In this document: positions 33,468 to 41,883 of the stretch, in pieces
How positions within the stretch are numbered: position 1 is the first letter of the stretch
How the letters are laid out: every line of letters starts with the position of its first letter
Origin: an uncultured delta proteobacterium
GTDB taxonomy: Bacteria > Desulfobacterota > Binatia > HRBIN30 > BPIQ01
Assembly: GCA_963761335.1 (NCBI GenBank)
Contig: CAVXGR010000013.1
Location: 325,059-389,058 of the forward strand
Length of the DNA stretch: 64,000 bases
Reading direction: 5' to 3'
Translations under genes and position numbers: made by a program
Notes under the pieces: generated by a model
What the model saw: the letters and a program-made list of their open reading frames with translations, nothing else
Databases searched by the model: none
What the model was told of the DNA's origin: nothing

Positions 33468-34658
33468 ATGGATTTCAACCTGTCAGCCGAGGAGCAGAAG
33501 TTTCGCGCCACCGTGCGCGTCTGGCTGGAGCAGCACCTGCCGGAGGGTTGGGGGACGGCCGACTTCTCGGCGCCGGAGACGCCAGCGGAGCAGGTCGATT
33601 TCGCTCGTCGCTGGCAGCGCACCCTCTACGACGGCGGCTGGGCCGGCATCACCTGGCCGCAGGAGTACGGCGGCCGCGGTGCCAGCCTGATCGAGCAGCT
33701 CATCTACAACGAGGAGTACGCCCGCGTTCGCGCTCCGGACATTCTCGCCCTGAAGATTGGCCTCAGCCTCGTCGGCCCGACGATCATCGCCTGCGGCGCG
33801 CCCTGGCAGAAGGAGAGATTTCTCGAGCCGATCCTGCGCGGTGACGAGATCTGGTGCCAGGGCTTTTCCGAGCCCAACGCCGGCTCGGATCTGGCGTCGG
33901 TGAAGACCCGCGCCGAGCTGCGCGGCGACGAGTTCGTGGTCAGCGGCCAGAAGATCTGGACGAGCGTCGCCCGCCACGCCGACTGGTGCATGCTGGTGGT
34001 GCGCACCAATCCCGAAGGTCCCAAGCACAAGGGCCTGAGCTTCCTGCTGGTGAGCCTGAAGAGCCCCGGAATCACCATCCGCCCGCTGCGCGAGATGACC
34101 GGCGAGGAGTGGTTCAACGAGGTCTTCTTCGACGAGGTGCGGGTGCCGCGGGCGAACCTCGTCGGCGAGCTCAACGGCGGCTGGAACGTGGTGATGACCA
34201 CGCTCGGGCACGAGCGCGCCGGCACCACGCCACACATCCGGCTGCAGGCCGAGCAGCAGCTGCTGGCGCGCCTGGCGCGGCGGACGCGCCGCAATGGCGC
34301 GCGCGCCGCGGACGATGCCATCGTCCGCCAGAAGGTGGCGCAGTTCGCCATCGAGACCGCCATCCTGCGCTGTACGGCGTACCGCAACATCACCATGCTG
34401 CAGCGCTCCGGGGTGCCCGGACCGGAGGGGTCGATCCTCAAGATCTTCTGGAGCGAGCTCGAGCAGCGGCTCAAGGACACGGCCATCGAGATCCTCGGGC
34501 CCTTTGGCCTGCTGCCGCGGGGCGAGGAGCGCAGCGTCGACGGCGGCATGTGGTTCTACGAGCTGCTCTGGTCGCGCTCCTCGACGATCTACGCCGGCAC
34601 CTCCGAGGTGCAGCGCAACATCATCGCCCAGCGCGTTCTCGGCCTGCCGCGCGGCTGA
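33468..34658 (+). CDS. Acyl-CoA dehydrogenase
   Basis: WCQGFSEPNAGSDLAS, GQKIWTS, FNEVFFD, LGHER, IYAGTSEVQRNII. Confidence 0.95.
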   Translation: MDFNLSAEEQKFRATVRVWLEQHLPEGWGTADFSAPETPAEQVDFARRWQRTLYDGGWAGITWPQEYGGRGASLIEQLIYNEEYARVRAPDILALKIGLSLVGPTIIACGAPWQKERFLEPILRGDEIWCQGFSEPNAGSDLASVKTRAELRGDEFVVSGQKIWTSVARHADWCMLVVRTNPEGPKHKGLSFLLVSLKSPGITIRPLREMTGEEWFNEVFFDEVRVPRANLVGELNGGWNVVMTTLGHERAGTTPHIRLQAEQQLLARLARRTRRNGARAADDAIVRQKVAQFAIETAILRCTAYRNITMLQRSGVPGPEGSILKIFWSELEQRLKDTAIEILGPFGLLPRGEERSVDGGMWFYELLWSRSSTIYAGTSEVQRNIIAQRVLGLPRG

Positions 34659-34663
34659 GCCGC

Positions 34664-35335
34664 TCAGCTGCGGCGCTCGTAGCGCCAGTCGGGCGGGATC
34701 ATGAACAGGCGGTGCCGTGGCCCCGGGCGCTCGAGATCGCCGTCTTCATAGCCGGCGTCGCCGTGATAGACGGTGCAGGCGCCACCCGGCACCTGGTGCA
34801 GCCGCGGCAGGAAGACTTCGGCAGGGCGGGCGGCGACGGCCGAGATCGCCGCGGCGACGGTGGCGTGCTCGCTCATCTGCAGCAGGGTCACGTAGGTCGG
34901 TGGCGGCAGCTCGATCTCGCCGGCGCGCTGCGCTTCCAGAGCCCGCCGCGGCGGCATCCAGCGATAGTCGTGAATCTCGCTGCCGTCCACCTGCACGGTG
35001 TCGCCGCGCGCCGGCGCGGCGAAGAACCAGGTGTCGAAGCGCTTGGGCAGGATGTCGGGGGTGACCCAACGGGAGACCAGCACCAGCTCGTCGCGCACGA
35101 CCTCAACCCCGGCCTCCTCGCGCGCCTCGCGTACCGCGGCGCTCTTTGCCGCCTCGAGGACGTCGGCGCCGCTGTCGTAGTCCTCGGCGTCGAGGCGCCC
35201 GCCGGGGAAAACCCAGTGACCGCCGTGGAAGGCCAGCCGCACATTGCGGCGCACCAGCAGCACCTCGCAGCCCTCGCCGCAGTCCCGCATGAGGACCACG
35301 GTGGCGGCCGGATGGGCAATCGCCGGCTCGGACAT
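34664..35335 (-). CDS. NUDIX hydrolase (NUDT19-like, possibly acting on acyl-CoA)
   Basis: PAATVVLMRD, VFPGG, AAVREAREEAGV, RWVTP..KRFDTWFF, LPPPT. Confidence 0.88.
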   Translation of the reverse strand: MSEPAIAHPAATVVLMRDCGEGCEVLLVRRNVRLAFHGGHWVFPGGRLDAEDYDSGADVLEAAKSAAVREAREEAGVEVVRDELVLVSRWVTPDILPKRFDTWFFAAPARGDTVQVDGSEIHDYRWMPPRRALEAQRAGEIELPPPTYVTLLQMSEHATVAAAISAVAARPAEVFLPRLHQVPGGACTVYHGDAGYEDGDLERPGPRHRLFMIPPDWRYERRS

Positions 35336-35392
35336 GACGTCTTTGTTAGCCTCCGCCCGCCGCCGAGTCCAGTGGAGCGCAGGGGCGGCGGA

Positions 35393-35764
35393 TGGGGACA
35401 GTGCGTCATGAGCCTTGCGGCTCACCAATAGACGATGAAAATGAGGCTGGGGATCTGCGCCGGCAAGAGACTTGGAGGTCCTCGCCCGGCTGAAGTTCGC
35501 CCCGGAGGGGCGGTGGCGTGTAGCCCCGGGTGAAACCCGGGGAAGAATGCGCGCTCCGTCAGGCGCGCCCCGCCAGGGGCGCGGGCAAGTTTTGGTCGAT
35601 GTCACGCCTGTACGCCGATGATCACCGCTGGGTGCGTGGGAAGCTCATCGAGGTGATTCACGCGGCCTCTACGCCTGCGCCCCTGCGGGGCGCTGATCTG
35701 GGCCAATCGGAACGCGGTCCCCGGGTTAACACCCGGGGCTACATGCCTGCGCCCCTCCGGGGCG
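35393..35764. repeat. REP-like family A composite element, long copy
   Basis: About 200 bp shared with 40857-41049; inward-facing GTAG units at 35520 (+) and 35742 (-). Confidence 0.88.
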
Positions 35765-35941
35765 ATAAGCCTCCACGCCAAGCGCCGGTGCGCTCCGCCA
35801 GACCTTCACCCAATAGATTTTCGAAGCAGGCACCTTCGCGGCCGACGAAGATGATTCGATGACGCGCTCGGCCGTCGAAAAGGAGCCCCTCCCCGGGTGC
35901 GCTCTTCCCCTGCCCGCCAGCGTCCGTTACAAGGAAACGAG

Positions 35942-36496
35942 ATGCGCCGGAGCTCTCTCACCATCGCCGTCCTCTTGATCGGCGCCGTGTCCGTCGCCGG
36001 CGAAGCCGCTGCCGGGACCTGCGCGCGGGGGCGGCGCATGAAGCTCGAGTGGACGGCGGCGAACGGCGAGGGCCTGCTGGTCTTTGGTGCCGGCGAGTGC
36101 GACCTGCCGAGCGCCTGCCTGGCGGCGCGCCTGCCGCCGCGCGAGCTGGCGACACAGTTGCCCCTGACCATAGCGGTGCGTGCCGGCGGGGCACCCTTGA
36201 TCTCGGCCACCCTCGGCGATTGCGGCTCCCGCGCCTGTCGCTCCGAGAACACCGGCGGCTGTCCGGGCGGCTTCGATATGTACAAGGACCGCGAAGGCAT
36301 GGCGAAGGTTTCCTATTCGCGACGGGGCGAGGCGTCGGTGATGGCGCGCATCCGCGCCCCGATGACGGCGGCGCCCCGGGGAAGCGGCCCGGTCACCGTC
36401 CAGGTCAGCGACGGCGCCGGCTACAGCGCTGAGACCACCTTCGAGAAGTGCAAGGTGGACGCCAAGCCGTCCACGGTCACCATGGAGTGCCGCTGA
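35942..36496 (+). CDS. Hypothetical secreted Cys-rich protein
   Basis: Signal peptide (MRRSSLTIAVLLIG...AAA), 8 Cys, AGGAA RBS, TGATG coupling to the next gene. Confidence 0.7.
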   Translation: MRRSSLTIAVLLIGAVSVAGEAAAGTCARGRRMKLEWTAANGEGLLVFGAGECDLPSACLAARLPPRELATQLPLTIAVRAGGAPLISATLGDCGSRACRSENTGGCPGGFDMYKDREGMAKVSYSRRGEASVMARIRAPMTAAPRGSGPVTVQVSDGAGYSAETTFEKCKVDAKPSTVTMECR

Positions 36497-36837
36497 TGGC
36501 CGACAAGGAAGAGCTCTACGACGCCGCCATCGACAAGGTGGCCGAGGGCGACCTCGATGGGGCGATCACCCACTACCGCGAGGCGCTCGCCCTCGACCCC
36601 GATTACCTGGATGCCTGGCACGGCCTCGCCATGGCATACGCCGAGAAGGGCATGCTCGACGAGGCCATCGAGGCCGGCAAGAAGCTGATCGATCTGGATC
36701 CGGAGGATCAGCTGGCCTACACCAATCTCTCGCGCTTCTACCAGCAGGCCGGCAATGTCCCGGAAGCCGAAGCATGGGCGGCGAAGGCACGGGTGCTCGA
36801 CTGGAAGCGCCAGCTCGAAGAACCGAAAGACGAGTGA
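36496..36837 (+). CDS. TPR protein
   Basis: AITHYREALALDPDYLDAWHGLAMAY...DPEDQLAYTNLS. Confidence 0.88.
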   Translation: MADKEELYDAAIDKVAEGDLDGAITHYREALALDPDYLDAWHGLAMAYAEKGMLDEAIEAGKKLIDLDPEDQLAYTNLSRFYQQAGNVPEAEAWAAKARVLDWKRQLEEPKDE

Positions 36838-36906
36838 GCCGCGGCGCGACAATTGCGCCGCTTCCCACCCTGGGATAAACGTTCCTCTCTTACGGAGACT
36901 CCCCTT

Positions 36907-37569
36907 TTGGATGGTCGCAGTATTCTGCAGCTCGTCGAGCACGGCGGCGCGGTCATGTACCCGCTGCTGCTCTGCTCTGTGCTCAGCGTCGCAGTGATCA
37001 TCGAGCGCCTCTGGGCGCTCGCCCGCGCCTCGCGCGCTACGGGCCATCTCGGCCGCCACGTTCGCGATGCCCTCGAGGAGGGCAAGCTGGCCGAGGCCGC
37101 GGCCCTGTGTCGCGGCGCCGACGGTGTGATGGCCGAGGTGGTGCGCGCCGCGCTCGCCAACAGTGACAAGTCGCCGGAAGCCGTCGACCGCCTCGTGCAG
37201 CGCAAGCTCGGCGAGTCGATTCGCAAGCTGCGGCGCAACATCTGGCTCCTCGGCACCGTCGGCAGCCTGGCGCCGTTCATCGGCCTCCTGGGCACGGTGC
37301 TCGGCATCATCCGCGCCTTCGAGAACATGGCGGCGACCGGCTCCGGCGGCTTCGCGGTGGTCGCCGCGGGCATCTCGGAGGCGCTGATCGCCACCGCCGG
37401 CGGCCTCCTGGTCGGGGTGCTGGCGATCTTCGCGTACAATGCGTTCAACGTCCGCATCAACAACATGAGCGCCGCCATGCGCGACGCCGCCGACGAGATC
37501 GTGCAGCGCCTGCTCGATCTGGGCGGAGCAGAGGGGGGTGTGCAGCGTGTCGTTCAGTCGCGCGGATGA
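36907..37569 (+). CDS. MotA/TolQ/ExbB proton channel
   Basis: GGAVMYPLL, APFIGLLGTVLGII.AF, GISEALIATA.GL; TTG 36907 with GGAGA RBS. Confidence 0.93.
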   Translation: MDGRSILQLVEHGGAVMYPLLLCSVLSVAVIIERLWALARASRATGHLGRHVRDALEEGKLAEAAALCRGADGVMAEVVRAALANSDKSPEAVDRLVQRKLGESIRKLRRNIWLLGTVGSLAPFIGLLGTVLGIIRAFENMAATGSGGFAVVAAGISEALIATAGGLLVGVLAIFAYNAFNVRINNMSAAMRDAADEIVQRLLDLGGAEGGVQRVVQSRG

Positions 37570-37963
37570 GTCCGGCGACGATATCGTCGCCGAGATCAAC
37601 GTCACCCCGTTGACCGACATCTTCCTCGTGCTGCTGATCATCTTCATGGTCACCAGCACGGCGCTGATGCAGCAGGGCACGCAGGTGAATCTGCCGAGGG
37701 CCGGCACCGGCGACGCCCGTCCCTCCGGCATCATCGTCACCGCCACCAGCGATCACCGCCTCGAGGTCGAGGGCAAGGCGGTCACCGTCGACGAGCTGCG
37801 CCCGGCGCTCGAGGCGGCGCTGCGCGCCAAGAACGAGAGCACCGTGATTCTGCAGGGCGACCGCGACGTCATCCTCGAGGACGCGGTGCACATCATGACC
37901 GTCGCCAAGCAGGCCGGCGCCGAGAGGGTGGCCATCGCCACCGAGCCGGAACGCGCCCGGTAG
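37538..37963 (+). CDS. ExbD/TolR family protein
   Basis: EINVTPLTDIFLVLLIIFMV, VNLP; alternative GTG 37547. Confidence 0.93.
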   Translation: MCSVSFSRADESGDDIVAEINVTPLTDIFLVLLIIFMVTSTALMQQGTQVNLPRAGTGDARPSGIIVTATSDHRLEVEGKAVTVDELRPALEAALRAKNESTVILQGDRDVILEDAVHIMTVAKQAGAERVAIATEPERAR

Positions 37964-38010
37964 AAGCGCCGTCCCGGCGCTTCCCAGAAGCGGCGAGACG
38001 CCGCTTCTAC
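37960..38010. repeat. REP-like family B doublet
   Basis: GTAG-AAGCGCCG-TCC-CGGCGCTT...AAGCGGCG-AGA-CGCCGCTT-CTAC; near-identical inverted copy at 59607-59656. Confidence 0.85.
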
Positions 38011-38654
38011 ATCAACCAGCGCACGACGATGAAGCCGCCGAACAGCAGCGCGGCGAAGACCAGCGACAGCAGGTTGAAGTACTTGTCGATGAAGGTCTTG
38101 ATCGGCGGCCCGAAGACGCGGATCAGCCCGGCCACCAGGAAGAAGCGCGCCGAGCGGCTGAAGGCCGAAGCGAGGACGAACTCCAGGAAGTTGATCTTGA
38201 ACACCCCGGCGGCGATGGTGAAGACCTTGTAGGGAATCGGTGTGAAGCCCGCGGTGAACACTGCCCAGAAGGCGTGCTGCTGGTAGAGGCCGCCGACGCG
38301 GTCGAAGATGGCGTGGCTGAAGACGTAGTGGAAGAAGAAGGGGTGCACCTCCTCCCACACGAACCAGCCGATCAGGTATCCGCCGATGCCGCCCACCACC
38401 GAGCCGATCGAGGAGACGGTGGCGAACCAGAACGCTCGCTGCGGCGCCGCCAGGCAGAGCGCCAGCAGGAGAACGTCCGGAGGTACCGGGAAGAACGAGG
38501 ATTCGGCGAAGGCGAGCAGCGCCAGTGCCGGCGCCCCGTATGGGGTGTAGGCCCAGTGCAGCACCCAGTCGTAGAGCCAGCGCAGCCAGGCGAGCGGGTT
38601 CAAGCTCTCCGGTCGCGCCACGGCAACGGCGCGAGAGGGTTCGATCGGATTCAT
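38007..38654 (-). CDS. DedA/YqaA family membrane protein
   Basis: AFAESSFFPVPPDVLL, AGFTPIPYKVFTIAAG. Confidence 0.92.
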   Translation of the reverse strand: MNPIEPSRAVAVARPESLNPLAWLRWLYDWVLHWAYTPYGAPALALLAFAESSFFPVPPDVLLLALCLAAPQRAFWFATVSSIGSVVGGIGGYLIGWFVWEEVHPFFFHYVFSHAIFDRVGGLYQQHAFWAVFTAGFTPIPYKVFTIAAGVFKINFLEFVLASAFSRSARFFLVAGLIRVFGPPIKTFIDKYFNLLSLVFAALLFGGFIVVRWLM

Positions 38655-38707
38655 TGGGTTCACCAGGGTCGGCTTGTGCGCCGCGGCGAGCGCCTCGGCG
38701 CCGGCCG

Positions 38708-39445
38708 TCAACCTTCCGTCGAGGCGGGTATCGCCGCTCCCTCGGAGAAGAGCTCGCGCAGCCGCGCCGCCAACGTCGGGCCCTTCCCCTCGGCTTCGTG
38801 CTTGAAGTACACGAATGTCTCTCGCCATTTGGGGGAGAGCTCGCGTAGCCGATCCGCCCAGCCGGCCAAGTCGGCGTCGGTGTAGTCCGGCTTGCGCAGG
38901 CGGAAGTAGCCGAAGTCGGCGGTCACCTCGAGCGGCGCCGTTCGCTGCTCGCTCTCGGTCACGCACAGGGCGACGCCGAAGCGCTGCATGCACTCGAAGA
39001 CGTCGTCGGCGTACCAGCTGGGATTGCGAAACTCGAAGGCGGTGCGGAAGCCGGGCGGCATCTGGTGCAGGAAGTCCTCCAGGCGGGCACTGTCCTTCTT
39101 GAGGAACGGCGGCAGCTGGAAGAGAAGGGACCCGAGCTTCAGCTTGAGAGCGGTGGCCGTCTCGCAGAAGTCGGTCAACGGGTCGGCGGCGTCGCGCAGG
39201 CGCAGGTCGTGGGTGATGCGGCGCGGCGCCTTCAGGGTGAAGACGAAGTCGTCGGGAGTTTCCTTCGCCCAGCCTTGGAGGACCCGAACCGTCGGCATGC
39301 GGTAGAACGTATAGTTGATCTCGACCGTGTTGAACCGCTGCGCGTAGAAGCTCAGCATGCGGTTGTCGGGGAGATCTTCCGGATAGAACGGACCTTTCCA
39401 CTCGTTGTAGCTGTATCCGGAGGTTCCAATCCAGGGCGTTGCCAT
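38708..39445 (-). CDS. DUF72 (YecE-like) protein
   Basis: IGTSGYSY..W.G.FYP, VEINYTFY, KAPRRITH, LFQLPP, EFRNPSW. Confidence 0.93.
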   Translation of the reverse strand: MATPWIGTSGYSYNEWKGPFYPEDLPDNRMLSFYAQRFNTVEINYTFYRMPTVRVLQGWAKETPDDFVFTLKAPRRITHDLRLRDAADPLTDFCETATALKLKLGSLLFQLPPFLKKDSARLEDFLHQMPPGFRTAFEFRNPSWYADDVFECMQRFGVALCVTESEQRTAPLEVTADFGYFRLRKPDYTDADLAGWADRLRELSPKWRETFVYFKHEAEGKGPTLAARLRELFSEGAAIPASTEG

Positions 39446-39561
39446 TCCGCCGTGTTTAGCATGCCGGCAGAGCCGAGGCCAACCTTTCCGCGGCGGATTG
39501 CCCGGTCGCGCCCGCTGCCGGTCCCCTTGCGCGGGCGAGGGGAAATGGCATTGAGTATCTC

Positions 39562-40173
39562 ATGGCGATTCGCATCACCCGGGTCTACACGCGGGCCGGC
39601 GACAAGGGCTTCACCGCCCTCGTCGGCGGCGGCAAGGTGCCCAAGGACGCCCCCCGGATCGAGAGCTACGGCACCGTCGACGAGCTCAACTCCGTCGTCG
39701 GACTGGCGCGGGCCTTCAACGCGGCGGCGCCGCCGGATGCAAGCCGCGATCGCCTCGAAGAGATCCTCAAGGGGGTGCAGAACGAGCTCTTCGACCTCGG
39801 CAGCGAGCTGGCCACCCCCCCGGAGGCCGCCTACGAGGGGATGTTTCGCGTCGGTGCGGAGCAGGTGAGGGCGCTGGAGGCGATCATGGACGAATGCCAG
39901 AAGGAGCTCGAGCCGCTGCAGTCGTTCGTTCTCCCCGGCGGAGGTGTGGTCAGCGCCTTCCTGCACCAGTGCCGCACCGTCTGCCGGCGCGCCGAGCGCG
40001 ACATCCTGCGCCTCAGTCGCGAGGAGCCCGTCGGCGAGTGGCCGCTGATCTACGTCAACCGGCTGAGCGACCTGTTCTTCGTGCTGTCGCGCTGGATCGG
40101 CAAGAGGCGCGGCGAGCCGGAGTTTCTCTGGGAACGCGGCCTGCGCTCGCGGGCGCCGGCGAAGGAAGAGTGA
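39562..40173 (+). CDS. PduO-type cob(I)alamin adenosyltransferase
   Basis: VYTRAGDKG.T, YGTVDELNS, QNELFDLG, FVLPGG, RTVCRRAER, NRLSDLFF. Confidence 0.94.
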   Translation: MAIRITRVYTRAGDKGFTALVGGGKVPKDAPRIESYGTVDELNSVVGLARAFNAAAPPDASRDRLEEILKGVQNELFDLGSELATPPEAAYEGMFRVGAEQVRALEAIMDECQKELEPLQSFVLPGGGVVSAFLHQCRTVCRRAERDILRLSREEPVGEWPLIYVNRLSDLFFVLSRWIGKRRGEPEFLWERGLRSRAPAKEE

Positions 40174-40853
40174 TGGAAGACATCTATTTCCGGCAGATCC
40201 AGGCCGGGCCGATGCAGAACTTCGTCTACCTCATCGGCGATCCGCAGACGCGCCAGGCGGTGGTGGTCGATCCCGCCTGGGACGTCGACGGCATCCTGCG
40301 GGTCCTCGAGAGTGACGAGATGACTCTGACACAGGTGCTGATCACCCACTTCCATCCCGATCACCTGGGCGGCGACCTGATGGGCCATCACATCGAAGGG
40401 GCGGCCGAGCTCCTGGAGCGCAATCAGAAGATCAAGGTGCTCCTGCACAAGTCGGAGGTCGCCTTCGCGCAGCGCATTGCCGGCCTCTCCTCTTCGGACG
40501 TCACTCCGGTCGAGGGCGGCGACGACCTCGCCGTCGGCGGCCTCGATATCACCTTCATCCACACGCCCGGCCACACGCCGGGCTCGCAATGCTTCCTGGT
40601 GGGGAACCGGCTGGTCTCCGGCGACACTCTCTTCATCGGCTCTTGTGGCCGCGTCGATCTGCCCGGCAGCGATCCGGCGCAGCTCTACGACAGCCTGGTG
40701 AACAAGCTGAAACGCCTCCCGGACGACACCGTTCTCTATCCCGGCCACGACTACGCCGACCAGCCGACCTCCACTCTCGGCGAGCAGAAACGCCGCAACC
40801 CCTTCCTGCGCTTCGAGAGGCTGGAGGATTTCCTCGGCATGATGGGGTACTGA
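40173..40853 (+). CDS. MBL-fold hydrolase (glyoxalase II-like)
   Basis: THFHPDHLGG, HTPGHTPGS, GDTLF...GRVDL, YPGHDY. Confidence 0.92.
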   Translation: MEDIYFRQIQAGPMQNFVYLIGDPQTRQAVVVDPAWDVDGILRVLESDEMTLTQVLITHFHPDHLGGDLMGHHIEGAAELLERNQKIKVLLHKSEVAFAQRIAGLSSSDVTPVEGGDDLAVGGLDITFIHTPGHTPGSQCFLVGNRLVSGDTLFIGSCGRVDLPGSDPAQLYDSLVNKLKRLPDDTVLYPGHDYADQPTSTLGEQKRRNPFLRFERLEDFLGMMGY

Positions 40854-40856
40854 AGG

Positions 40857-41106
40857 TGGGGACAGTGCATCATGAGCCTTGCGGCTCGCCGGTAGACGAT
40901 GAAAATGAGGCCGGGGATCTGCCTCGGCAAGAGATTTGGGGGTTCGCCTGGGCGAAGTTCGCCCCGGAGGGGCAGTGGCGTGTAGCCCCGGGTGAAATCC
41001 GGGGAAAAATGCGTGTTCCATCATACGCGCCCCGCCAGGGGCGCGGGCAGAGCTGATCTGGGCCAATCGGAACGCGGGGCTACATGCGCGCGCCCCTCCC
41101 GGGGGC
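40857..41106. repeat. REP-like family A composite element, internally deleted copy
   Basis: Colinear with 35393-35764 but lacks about 100 bp of spacer and the right-hand CCCCGGG hairpin. Confidence 0.85.
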
Positions 41107-41180
41107 ATGAGCCCCGAACGGGCTTGAGCGACGCCGCGCATTTGCGCTAGGGTCGCGGCGGTTTCACGGAAAGGAAAGGA

Positions 41181-41783
41181 GTGTCCGCCGTGTCACTCGA
41201 GGGTGCGCTGCTGGGGTTGATCTCCAGCATGGGACCGATCACCGGCTACGATCTGACCAAGGTTTTCAGGAAGTCCATGGCGCACTACTGGCACGCGCGC
41301 CACGGCCAGATCTATCCGACGCTGGAGGCGTTGAAGTGCAAGGGGCTGGTCTCCTGTCGCAAGCTCATCCAGCGCGATCGGCCGAACAAGAAGCTGTACT
41401 CGATCACCGAGAAGGGCCGGACCGAGCTGCTGCGTTGGCTGCGGCAGCCGCCGCGCCTATTGCAGATGAAGCACGAGGCCCTGCTGCGCTGCCGCTTCTA
41501 CGCGCACCTTCCGGCGGCGGAAGCGGTGCAGCGCATCCGCGCCGAGCGCTCCCAGTACGAGGAGCTGCTCGAGCAGTACCGGGCAATGGAGCTGGAGAAC
41601 TTCGGCCGCTCCAAGGACTATCCCAGTGCCGATGCCATGTTCGGCTACTTCACCCTGCAGCGCGGCATCATGTTCCTCGAGGAGTCGGTTCGCTGGTGCG
41701 ACTGGGCACAGAGCGAGGTCGAGCGCTACAGCCGCCCCGGCCGCCGCAAGTCGAGCCGCCGCCGCGCCGCCCCGTCGGCGTAG
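41181..41783 (+). CDS. PadR family transcriptional regulator
   Basis: TGYDL, W.A.HGQIYPTL, RPNKKLYSITEKG, helical C-terminal domain. Confidence 0.93.
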   Translation: MSAVSLEGALLGLISSMGPITGYDLTKVFRKSMAHYWHARHGQIYPTLEALKCKGLVSCRKLIQRDRPNKKLYSITEKGRTELLRWLRQPPRLLQMKHEALLRCRFYAHLPAAEAVQRIRAERSQYEELLEQYRAMELENFGRSKDYPSADAMFGYFTLQRGIMFLEESVRWCDWAQSEVERYSRPGRRKSSRRRAAPSA

Positions 41784-41785
41784 GG

Positions 41786-41867
41786 TTGGGGACAGGCATC
41801 TTTTCGGCGCCGTCTGAAAATCGCGATTTTGCCCAGACGTTGGCGCCGAAAAGATGCCTGTCCCCAA
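41786..41867. repeat. Long hairpin (26-bp perfect inverted repeat) between convergent genes
   Basis: TTGGGGACAGGCATCTTTTCGGCGCC 41786-41811 and its reverse complement 41842-41867. Confidence 0.85.
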
Positions 41868-41883
41868 TCTTCGCTCTCCGCGC

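Noticed and set aside
35405..35442. Hammerhead ribozyme in the repeat leader (CATGA-stem...GATGAAA)
   Set aside because: The CUGANGA core and the GAAA directly after stem II are not present
35336..35605. N-terminal extension of the NUDIX ORF, and similar ORFs over other repeat clusters
   Set aside because: Runs through REP repeats; homology-like sequence begins at ATG 35335
39446..39561. Cobalamin riboswitch upstream of the adenosyltransferase
   Set aside because: The gap is short and shared with a divergent gene, and I see no B12-box motifs
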